64,000 bases of DNA, from the NCBI GenBank assembly GCA_963696535.1, contig CAVOKP010000006.1, positions 30,812 to 94,811 of the forward strand. Direction: 5' to 3'. Below, piece by piece: positions 8,355-17,394 of the stretch. The stretch comes from an uncultured Bacteroidales bacterium. Its GTDB lineage: Bacteria > Bacteroidota > Bacteroidia > Bacteroidales > VadinHA17. The position numbers were made by a program, and so were the translations under genes. Within the stretch, counting starts at the first letter, position 1. The number at the start of each line of letters is the position of its first letter. Under the pieces are notes generated by a model. That model saw only the letters and a program-made list of their open reading frames with translations. It had not been told where the DNA came from and did no database searches.

Positions 8355-11300
8355 TCAGGCAGATTTCTCCAATCTCCTGTATTTCATATAAGCAAATACC
8401 GCCAGCGAAACGAGCACTGCAACAGCCACATATACAAATACAGGCACCGGTATGGGATCACCCCCTGCATAGGAGTGCAGTCCGGTCAGATAATAGTTGA
8501 CCCCGAAATATGTCATCAGAACCGACGATATTGCAAACATCGACAACAGGTTGAAGGTGTAAATATCCTTCAGTCCCGGGATAAGCCTCGAGTGAATGAC
8601 AAAGCTGTAGACAACTATGGTTATCAGCGACCACGTTTCCTTCGGATCCCATCCCCAGTACCTTCCCCACGATTCATTTGCCCATACAGCCCCCAGGAAT
8701 GTACCTATAGTAAGCAAGTAGAGGCCCAGGGTAAGAGATTTATAGTTGATCACAACAAGCTCATCGATTGTCGCAGAAATCCTTTCAATATTCTTTTTAT
8801 CAGAAAGCAAAAGCAAAACCATCGAGATTATCGCAAGTATGGCGCCAAGGCCAAGAAATCCGTAACTGCCAGTTATTACCGAGACATGAAGCGTTAGCCA
8901 GTATGACTTCAGCACAGGCACAAGGTTGGTTATCTCAGGATCCATAAAACTCAGGTGAGCTACCATGAGCGTAAGTCCTGCAAGCACCGCTGTGGCCGAA
9001 AGGGCAAATGCCGACTTCCGGCTGAAAATGAATCCGGCCAGGAGCGTAACCCACGAAATGAATATCATCGATTCGTATCCGTTGCTCATAGGCGAATGTC
9101 CTGAAATGTACCATCTTAAACCAAGCCCGAACGTGTGGAAAACAAATCCCGCAAAAAGGATCCAGCTCAGGATTTTTACAAACAGCGGAACACTCTTCCT
9201 CCCTTTTAAAACCATGATGATAAGGCCGATGAGCATCAGAAGCCCCGTTGTTGCATAAAACGGAAAGAGGCGTTCAAAGATAATCATCCTGTAATAGAGC
9301 GATTCCGCCTTTGTTTTTGCCTCGGGAGGAAGATCGTAGCCTGAGAATCTCTTCTGGTAGTCACTGATTGAAGCTGAAATCTGATTGGCAGACCATTGTT
9401 TTTTTCCCGGAGGGCATCAGCCATTGAGTGAATTACATTGGCAAGGTAAACCGAATCCTCCCTGTTCATGGCAGTCTTCAGGGCCTCCTGCGGCGAACTC
9501 CAGTTATGAGGGTCCTTGTGGTTCGGAAAGATCTTCAGGAATGCTTCAGTATAGATCATATAGATGATATTGACCCTTTCATCAATCTTCATTATCTCCT
9601 TGTCGGCTTTTGATCTTGCCCCGGGTGATTTGGAGTATGCTTTACCCACTTCTTCCGAAAGCTTGTAAGCTCCTCCGTCAAGATCGACGAAGTCGGTGAA
9701 TGCACCATAATTGCCGTTAATCCCGAATGTTTTCTGGAGTTCACTGCTCGAAACCCTGATCAAGGGTACATCCTTCCAGTTTTCGAAATCAAGGTAAACT
9801 CCCAGAAAAACCTGCATGGAGGTCAGCCCTTCAAATTTATTTTCCCTTGTAACCTTTCTAAGGATATCATTGCTGAGGGTGAACAAAGGCTTTGTGCGCC
9901 CCTTCTGATCCTGCACCAGGATATTGCCAAATGATTCTGCAGCATCCTTCGAAGGGATAAGCCTCTGGGCATCTGCACCAATAAGTCCGGACAATAAAAA
10001 CAGGATCAGCAACACCGGTGCCTTTTTCCTCAGCGCTGAGCTCCAGAAGCCTGCATTTACAGAGTAAAAAACTGATTTCCTGTTAAGCAGTGAAAGGATA
10101 ATAAAAAGGAAAAGAAGAGCATAACCGCTATATGTGACAAGCATCCCTGCACGATCGTGATTAACTGAAAGTATCGTGCCCATCTCATCCTGATCATATG
10201 AGGACTGGTAAAAGCGGTATCCCTTGTGCTTGAGAATATTGTTCATGAATATCGTAAAAGGCTCTTCAAGGCTTTCAGCCCTGTCGATCAGGACAATATT
10301 GCTTTTATAACCCGAAGGGCTGTTTGAACCCGGGTATCTTTCAAGAACAAAGTCATTGAGCCGGAGGGAAAAGGGAAGGGATATCTCTTCGGAACCATAA
10401 CTTATTTCAAGGATTTTGCCGTCAAACCGTGCTGATGCTGATGAGTGGTACTCTGAGGCATTATCCAGTATATTGATTGTCGAAGTCTGCTCATCCCCCG
10501 AAAATACATGGAAAATGAATGAGTTAATGCCGGTGTTCTGACTGTTAGGGTCGACTGATACGGTCTTAAGCGTACCTTCCGCCTCAAGTTCCTGGGGAAC
10601 AATCATTATACCCTTCACCCTGTAGATCTGCATCGGGCTGAACTTGACGGTTTCACCCAGCCCGAACTCAAGCTTATCCCTTGTCATCATTCCTTCCTGA
10701 ACGACAGGGGATCCTGATGTCAATAAAGAAGTGAAGAGGAGTCTGTAATAATTGAAACATCATTGTTAGCCTGACTATTGAGTCCGATTGTAACACCATT
10801 GAATTCAGACGATTCGCCGCTCTTAAGCTTTATATTTTCCCTTTTAAGACTGTCGGTGGCCACAAATGAAATAACTGGCTCCCGCCAGGCGATTTGGAAA
10901 TTACCTCCGCGGCATTCGGAATAATTCTCGCAAGAACAAGCTCATATTCCTTATCTCCGGAACTGATCTTTTTTCTGTAGTTATCGGCCGAACGGGAACT
11001 CATGTAGTATTTTTGAATGTCCTTTTCAATGATGTTTCCCGATTCATCCTTCAGGGTGTAGCCCAGGTATTTGTCGCCCGAAAAGCATTTGTCCTGCTCC
11101 TCTCCCTCCCGGATATGTATCGAACCTTCCCATCCCGAATATCTTGTGATTGCCGCACCTAAGATCATTATCACGAATGAAAGATGGAAAATGAAACCTG
11201 TAAGCCTGGATTTCCTGTACAGCCTGAAGATTATAATCTGCCCTATCAGATTCACTGACAGAAGAAATAATATAAGCTCAAACCACCATGTGTCGTAAAC

Positions 11301-11426
11301 ATAATTGTAAGCTGCCGAAGATCCGTAATCGTTTTCAATGAATGTTGCAGCAGCCATTGAGGCCGCGAATATTACAAAAAGAATCCCCATAAAAACCGGG
11401 GAGAAGAGGAATTTGAAATATTTCAT
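8355..11426 (-). pseudogene. ccsBA: Fused system II cytochrome c synthase CcsBA (ResB-like plus CcsA/ResC-like), split by at least three frameshifts
   Basis: Three track ORFs make up the gene. 10830..11426 is the ResB N-terminus. 9284..10723 is the ResB body (LPFSLRLNDFVLERYPGSNSPSGYKSNIVL, KGYRFYQSSYD). 8355..9287 is CcsA with the W-rich motif WGRYWGWDPKETW. Alternate frames bridge the gaps: ...EPVISFVATDSLKRENIKLKSGESSEFNGVTIGL..., and ...QWSANQISASISDYQKRFSGYDLPPEAKTKAESLYYRMIIFERLF, which runs in frame into CcsA. Breaks are near 10880-10892, 10722-10735 and the T7 run at 9399-9405. Confidence 0.85.
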
Positions 11427-11472
11427 ATTTTTTTAATTCTGGTTGCTGGTTCTGATATCTTCGGTTTTGAAG

Positions 11473-11513
11473 AAACCCACCCCCAGCCCCTCCCGAGAGG
11501 GGAGTTTGTGGGA
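11473..11513. repeat. G/C-rich hairpin module, second copy at 27583-27613
   Basis: aaacccacccccagcccctcccgagaggggagtttgtggg. Its first 32 nt match the reverse complement of 27583-27613 at all but one position. Confidence 0.8.
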
Positions 11514-11526
11514 TTGTCTTCGGTCT

Positions 11527-12222
11527 TCATCCTTTTTCGGAGATCTGACTGAGTTTCTCCCTGTCGATGATTTTAATATACGATGACTTTGCATTGATTA
11601 TTCCCGATTCTTCCATATCACTGAGGATCCTTACAACGCTTTCCTTAACCATATTGGTCATTTCCCCCAGTTCCTGCCGTGAAAGGATCATCTCATACTC
11701 GTCGGCCTTGAAAATCTCATCTGAAAAATACAAAAGTGCTTCTGCCAGCCTGCCCGGCATCTTTTTCTGTGCAAGATTGACCATCCGGATATGCGAGCGA
11801 AGAGCTTTTGCACTTATATCTTCCACCAGGCTTTCTGCAAAATCTCCATTTATTCTGACAAGGCTCCTGAAGATGTCAAAGCTGATAAAACAAGCCTGTA
11901 GCGGGGTCAAAGCCGATACCGAGTATGCATATCTGGCATTGACATATGCACCCGGACCCATAATAAGCCGGCCGGGCAGCAATATACCCATTATGAAATT
12001 CTTTCCGTTAATTCCTTCATAATAGTTTTTTGCCATTCCGGTTGCAAGGAACAAGGCGTTGGAGGCAGGGGATCCCTGTTTTATCATAACCTCTCCCTGC
12101 CTGAATGTTGCCTCGTACCTGTTTTCGTTTACAAGATGCATCTCCTCACGAGTAAGATGCTGAAAACCTTTCCATTGCACAGGGCAGTTTTCACAATTGT
12201 CGATGGTGTTTACTTCTGACAT
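11527..12222 (-). CDS. Crp/Fnr family transcriptional regulator
   Basis: 231 aa with a cNMP-binding-type beta-roll region and a C-terminal HTH (RQELGEMTNMVKESVVRILSDMEESGII). The N-terminus has two cysteines (CENC). Confidence 0.8.
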   Translation of the reverse strand: MSEVNTIDNCENCPVQWKGFQHLTREEMHLVNENRYEATFRQGEVMIKQGSPASNALFLATGMAKNYYEGINGKNFIMGILLPGRLIMGPGAYVNARYAYSVSALTPLQACFISFDIFRSLVRINGDFAESLVEDISAKALRSHIRMVNLAQKKMPGRLAEALLYFSDEIFKADEYEMILSRQELGEMTNMVKESVVRILSDMEESGIINAKSSYIKIIDREKLSQISEKG

Positions 12223-12301
12223 ATCCCTTGAATAAAAGGAGGTTAAAAATAGAGATTCAAAGTGATAATAATAATAATGATTACAAATATCACTAATTTA
12301 A

Positions 12302-12315
12302 TTGATATATATCAC
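12302..12315. promoter_or_regulatory. FNR/CRP-type box TTGATATATATCAC (TTGAT-N4-ATCAC)
   Basis: Lies in the divergent region between the Crp/Fnr gene (start 12222) and the multiheme operon (start 12430). It matches the box at 18774-18787 at 13 of 14 positions, and the 3-nt TAA 5' flank is also shared. Confidence 0.55.
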
Positions 12316-12429
12316 TTACTTACTGTATATCTGTCAACTTTAAATGTTGCATATAGCATCCTTGCTGTTAAGAAATTAACAACTGCTTATTAGTAAATTG
12401 CATCTGAAAAAAAAATTAAAACCGATAAT

Positions 12430-13633
12430 ATGAAGAACCTGTTAAAACTATTTGCCATTTTATTCTCAGCTGCCTTTTTGTTTTCTGCATGCGAAGGTCC
12501 GATGGGCCCTGCAGGAGCTGACGGGTCTGACGGAGCAGACGGGAAGGACGGAAAAGATGCAAATGAAAACTGCAAGCTTTGTCATAACAGCACTGTTGTA
12601 CAGGCTAAAGCAATTGAGTATGAGCATTCCTTGCATTTTACAGGTGAAGCATTTGAGGAGGGGACACGAAACAACTGTGCTCCCTGCCATTCTCACCAGG
12701 GTTTCCTCGATGTGGTCACAAAAAGTACTGCGGCTACAATCGTTGTTGATCCGGCCAATGCCTCAAGATACATAAACAACTACGTTGCAAGTGCTTCAGC
12801 CCTGGCTCTGCCGGGTGCAATAAGCTGCTTCACTTGTCACAGCTCCTTACATAAGAACTATGCGTCAACTGAATTCATGCCGCTTGCAACCACTGCTGCA
12901 GTCTCAATGACGATGTGGGGCGGTGCAAAGACCATTAATTTCTCCAATAATACATCAAATCTTTGTGCCAAATGCCACCAGCCAAGGCCTGATAACGGCA
13001 TCATCAGGTGCACTGATCGACTATTCAAAACTGGTCACTGAACCTACGGTATCGTATACTCTATCATCTGTTTCATACAGGACAGGCATTCATTACGGTG
13101 CACACGGGGCAATGGCTGCCGGAGTCGGTGGAATTGAGTTCGGCTCAGGTTATACCAACTCTGCCCATACTGCAAATGCTTCGTGCACCGATTGCCATAT
13201 GGCTACACCATCGGGTCTGGCGGGAGGACATTCATTCAATGCAACCGGGAACTATGCCGGCTGCAACACCACTGGATGCCATACAACAATGAGCGCAACG
13301 AATGCAACTCTTACTGCCGCAAAGGCTGATATCACAGCCAAGATTGCCGAACTTGCCGACAAAATCAATGCCATCGGGGCAGGTCATGATATTCTTCAGA
13401 AAGATCCTTTGGACGGACAATATCATGGTAATTTTGATATATTTGATGCAGGCTCCAATCCAACAGGATATTGGAGAACAGGTGCAGGAGCTTCACCGGC
13501 TTTCCCTGCACTTACAAATGCTCAGTTCGGTGCAATCCTTAATTTCCAGCTTGTTGTTCGGGATGCGAGCACCGGTGTGCATAATTACCCTTACATCAAA
13601 AAGCTTCTTGAAAATACCATAGCAGCCATTTAA
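12430..13633 (+). pseudogene. Multiheme c-type cytochrome lipoprotein with N-terminal collagen-like G-X-Y repeat; one frameshift
   Basis: Lipobox LFSAC followed by GPM GPA GAD GSD GAD GKD GKD. Heme motifs are CKLCH, CAPCH, CFTCH, CAKCH and CTDCH, plus CNTTGCH. ORFs 12430..13041 and 12923..13633 are one gene with the frame switching near 12985-12992, just after CAKCHQPRP. Confidence 0.8.
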
Positions 13634-13653
13634 ATAATTGGTTGCGAAGAATA

Positions 13654-13684
13654 GAATGGGCGTTGCATGCAATGCCCATTTTTG
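13654..13684 (+). terminator. Hairpin plus T-run between the two + strand cytochrome genes (terminator or attenuator)
   Basis: AATGGGCGTTGCA-TGCAATGCCCATT (near-perfect palindrome) followed by TTTTG. Confidence 0.55.
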
Positions 13685-13717
13685 TTAAATTTGACTTTAC
13701 ACTATTATCCCTCTAAT

Positions 13718-15217
13718 ATGAAACTTTTTTCGTCAGGTAGAAACTGGATCTCGATAATTGGAATACTGATTGCCTCAGTCAATCTTCTAATGATCATCGT
13801 GCTTTTTGCTATTTCATCCATTTTCGATTAGAATGATACAAACCTGGGATTGTTCATTTATATCATCCTGCCTGGTTTCCTGCTGCTTGGACTTATTATG
13901 ATCCCGGCAGGAATTATAATTTCCAGGAAAAAAAGAATCGCTGAATCACAGGGTGAAAAGAGGCTTTTCCCTGCCATTGACCTTAATAATCCGAAGCATA
14001 GAAAAACATTTATTGGTTTCACAATTGCAACAGTAGTTATTCTATTTCTGTCCACCTATGGCAGCATCGAGGCATTTCATCTGACAGAATCCGTGGAGTT
14101 CTGCGGCACCCTCTGTCACAAGGTAATGGAACCCGAATACACGGCTTACCAGAATTCTCCCCATGCAAACGTTTCCTGTGTGGAGTGCCATGTGGGTAGC
14201 GGTGCATCATGGTATGTCAAATCAAAGCTCTCCGGGTTGCACCAGGTATATGCGGTTGCCACAAAAACTTATCCCTCCCCCATTGAAACTCCCCTCCATG
14301 ACCTTCGTCCGGCAAGCGAAACCTGCCAGAGATGCCACTGGCCCCAGAAATTTTATGCAAGGTCCCTTCAGACCAACAAGTATTACCTGGCAGATTCCCT
14401 TAATTCCGAATGGGATATCGTGCTTCAGATGAAGGTCGGTCCTGAATTCAGTGATCTTGGCACTACGGAAGGAATACACTGGCACATTAATCCGGATGTA
14501 AATATTGAATACATATCAGAAAACGATAAGCGTGAGTTAATAACTTACGTGAAATATACAAATAAGGCGACCGGGGAGGTTACCGTGTACCGGAATCCCG
14601 AGATTGAAATTTCTGACAGTATAATTTCTGTATCAACACCCAGGACCATGGATTGTATCGACTGTCATAACAGGCCCTCGCATAAATACAGTTCTCCACC
14701 CTCTTATTTTGATAAGGCCATGCTTACAAATGAAGTTTCCCGCGATATCCCGTTTATTAAGAGAACTGCAATGGAGATCCTCAGAAATACATTCTCCGAC
14801 AGGGACACGGCATTGATGCAGATAAAAGAGGGTATTTCAAATTACTATAAGACGGATTTCAGCGATTTCTACGAAAATAATCAGCCAAAGATTGACCAGT
14901 CAATTGCCAGTCTGCAGAATGCTTTCAGCCGTAATACTTTTCCCGGGATGAAAGTTACATATGATGTTTATCCCGATCATATCGGTCACCTGGAAGTTGA
15001 AGGCTGTTTCAGGTGTCATAATGACAATTTCACATCGGAAAACGGCAGGAGAATCACAAGGGACTGTAACCTTTGCCATACGATTATCGGCCAGGGCAGC
15101 GGAAAGCTGATGACGTATACCAACATAAAGGACACTCTTGAGTTTCAGCATCCTGTGGATATCGGAACAGTCTGGAAGGAAGCCAATTGTTCGGAGTGCC
15201 ACAGATATCTGTATTAA
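13718..15217 (+). pseudogene. NapC/NirT-type membrane-anchored multiheme cytochrome c (6 CXXCH plus CGTLCH), with an in-frame TAG at 13829-13831
   Basis: The track ORF starts at TTG 13850. The same frame upstream reads MKLFSSGRNWISIIGILIASVNLLMIIVLFAISSIFD-TAG-NDTNLGLFIYIILPGF, which gives a first TM helix before the stop and a second after it. The NapC/NirT-like signature is FCGTLCHKVMEPEYTAYQNSPHANVSCVECH. Further motifs are CQRCH, CIDCH, CFRCH, CNLCH and CSECH. Confidence 0.75.
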
Positions 15218-15220
15218 TAA

Positions 15221-15247
15221 GAAACCCGGTCGACTAAACCGGGTTTC
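15221..15247. terminator. Bidirectional terminator hairpin between convergent cytochrome operons
   Basis: GAAACCCGG-TCGACTAAA-CCGGGTTTC, an 8-bp perfect stem flanked by A and T residues. It lies between the stops at 15217 (+) and 15273 (-). Confidence 0.6.
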
Positions 15248-15272
15248 CCTTGCTCAGGTCAGCCAGAAATTT

Positions 15273-15689
15273 CTATTTCTTGAATGTGCGCATGTAGTTT
15301 ACCATGTTCCAGATATCATCGTCGGATAGTTTACCTTCGTACTTTGGCATTTCATCCCTTCCGACTTTGGTTTTGTAGAAGTGCTCCCCATCGGTCTGTT
15401 TCTGATATGCTTCTTTGGAAAAATCACCCGGGAAGGTCTTCAGGGCTCTTGCCTTTACACCATCGCCAAGGCCAGTTTTCCCATGGCACGAGGCACAGTT
15501 TTTGGTGTAGAGAGCCAATCCTGCCTTATTGCTTGCTTCTCCTGCAGCAACAGGATTCTTCATTGTTTTATAATTTTCAGGTGCATCCCATGGTTTTGGT
15601 TGTGCCTGGGCTGAAACATTCATATTCAGCACAGCAATACCTATTAGGGCAACCAATGAACTGAGAATTACTTTCTTAACATTCTTCAT
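15273..15689 (-). CDS. Class I monoheme cytochrome c, periplasmic
   Basis: 138 aa with a signal peptide, a single CASCHG motif and a distal Met region (GRDEMPKY). Confidence 0.8.
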   Translation of the reverse strand: MKNVKKVILSSLVALIGIAVLNMNVSAQAQPKPWDAPENYKTMKNPVAAGEASNKAGLALYTKNCASCHGKTGLGDGVKARALKTFPGDFSKEAYQKQTDGEHFYKTKVGRDEMPKYEGKLSDDDIWNMVNYMRTFKK

Positions 15690-15752
15690 AATCGATCTTT
15701 TTTAGTTATTACTTATGTTATGCAATTATCGTGCAATTTTTTATGACCCGCA

Positions 15753-16367
15753 TTAATGTTCTTCCGACTCATGATATCCCGTGATCATCCCGCGGAACAG
15801 CGATGTGGGCTTTGATCCGAGGGTGCATGTATAAATATGAATGACAAGGAACACCGAAACGAAGAATCCCATAGTAATATGCAGCAGGTCAGTCAGGATG
15901 AGACCGCTGACCCCGAAGACCCTGTTTATCGTTACTTCAGGGAACATAAGGCCAATGCCTGAAATAATAACAAGCGGCATGGCTACATACATTGCCAATA
16001 CGTACGAGAACTTCTGAAGGGGATTGAATTTCCGTTCCAGGGTCACCGGAAAGGGATGCTTTTCGCCCCTGAACATTCCCCATGCATAATACCTCATCTG
16101 CTTTAAAAGATCCGGCCAGAAATTTTGTTTTTCAATCTTATAGTATTTTCCGTTCCCGGTGAAGAGGTTCCCTGTTACAAAGAAAATAAAGCTGAGAGTC
16201 AGGAATGTGGCGGATAAATTATGCCATTTCACGGCTTTTTCGAAGCCGACAAGGAATTTCAAATCCTCTCCCGTGTACTGCATGCTTATGCCGGTAAGGA
16301 TAAGAATCAATACCAGGACGGCATTCAGCATATGCCAGAATCTGACCCATTTGGGATATAAATACAT
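15753..16367 (-). CDS. Membrane cytochrome b (Ni/Fe-hydrogenase / FdnI / PhsC-type, four helices)
   Basis: 204 aa with four hydrophobic helices carrying conserved-looking His residues (WVRFWHMLNAV, KWHNLSA, LLHITMGFFVSVFLVIHIY). Confidence 0.7.
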   Translation of the reverse strand: MYLYPKWVRFWHMLNAVLVLILILTGISMQYTGEDLKFLVGFEKAVKWHNLSATFLTLSFIFFVTGNLFTGNGKYYKIEKQNFWPDLLKQMRYYAWGMFRGEKHPFPVTLERKFNPLQKFSYVLAMYVAMPLVIISGIGLMFPEVTINRVFGVSGLILTDLLHITMGFFVSVFLVIHIYTCTLGSKPTSLFRGMITGYHESEEH

Positions 16368-16382
16368 GTTATCTCTATATGG

Positions 16383-17375
16383 TTAATTTTTTTTACTGAT
16401 CCTGAAAAGCAAGTGAACGGCTATACCGCACGACAGCATAATAAAAATTATGATACTCAGGTTATTAAGATATTGATTCCGGTTAGCGCCAATTACATAT
16501 GATTCATTCATTATGATCCCGTTAAAGAATCCATCTTTTCTCTGCTCCTTCGACTGAAATTTATAAAGTGAGGACATGAGCAATGAGTTCTGGGTGTGAC
16601 ACTCATTGCATGCTTTTACGGCATCCGCTTTCGGCTTGATAAGATGAGCAACAAGAATGGTATCATTCACCTTGGTATGGCATTCTATGCATCTTACACT
16701 CTTAAAATGAGCCTCCTGGTTCGGCAGCCAGTCATGAGTTGAAAGAATGCTGATTTCTTCCCTGTCGGAAAGCAAATGAAACCTGTCAAAGTCAGAGTGG
16801 CAGTTCAGACAGATATTGTTATCGTAAAGGATTGTTTCCTTAAGGTTCTCGCTGTTCCTGATACTTATCCTGTACTCATGCGGGTCATGGCATTTCCAGC
16901 ATGAGAAACCCTCCTCTTCAAGGGTAAAATGGACACTCTTCTGATATTCGGATTCTATAGTTTCAAAATTGAACCGGGCAAACATTTCATCACCCCCATG
17001 GCAGTCGATGCAGTTATAACCCTGTTCCATCCTTAGCTCCCCGGAATGCGGGAATTGAACATAATCACCTGAATGACAGTCAGTACAACTGAAGCTCTTA
17101 TGATTTGACTGATAAAAATCTTCCCGTGTTACGACTCTTTCTGAAAACATCATTGCCCTGACCTGCCGTCCGAGGTTTTCATTCGTGTATTCGTACCTGT
17201 TCTGGCCGTGACATACGAAACAGCGCTCGTTGTCCTCAAAAAATGGAGATTTAAAGAGAGTTGTGTCTATGGTACCGGATTTCAAATCCTTAAGGTCCAG
17301 TCCGGATACAAAATCAGGTCTGCCCGAAAAAACAAACAGAAAGACGATCAGATATTTCACAGAAGATGATGTCAT
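16383..17375 (-). CDS. Heptaheme c-type cytochrome with C-terminal membrane anchor
   Basis: 330 aa with a signal peptide. Heme motifs are CFVCH, CTDCH, CIDCH, CWKCH, CLNCH, CIECH and CNECH. The C-terminal TM helix is LSIIIFIMLSCGIAVHLLF. Confidence 0.85.
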   Translation of the reverse strand: MTSSSVKYLIVFLFVFSGRPDFVSGLDLKDLKSGTIDTTLFKSPFFEDNERCFVCHGQNRYEYTNENLGRQVRAMMFSERVVTREDFYQSNHKSFSCTDCHSGDYVQFPHSGELRMEQGYNCIDCHGGDEMFARFNFETIESEYQKSVHFTLEEEGFSCWKCHDPHEYRISIRNSENLKETILYDNNICLNCHSDFDRFHLLSDREEISILSTHDWLPNQEAHFKSVRCIECHTKVNDTILVAHLIKPKADAVKACNECHTQNSLLMSSLYKFQSKEQRKDGFFNGIIMNESYVIGANRNQYLNNLSIIIFIMLSCGIAVHLLFRISKKN

Positions 17376-17394
17376 CCCTTAATTAAATAAGAAA

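Noticed and set aside
7870-8360. Genomic island or prophage integrated at tRNA-His
   Set aside because: No integrase, no direct repeat of the tRNA 3' end, and the flanking genes are ordinary housekeeping or respiratory genes.
7954-8500. Track ORFs 7954..8181, 7974..8294, 8060..8302, 7986..8168 and 8210..8500 (ARICNPCLHPL / RIANPRQR-type peptides)
   Set aside because: They are translations of the tandem hairpin array in several frames and on both strands. They have no coding character.
13829-13831. Reassigned TAG codon or alternative genetic code as the explanation for the in-frame stop
   Set aside because: TAG cleanly terminates other well-supported genes here, for example at 26211-26213 and 30750-30752. 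No other long ORF is broken by TAG.
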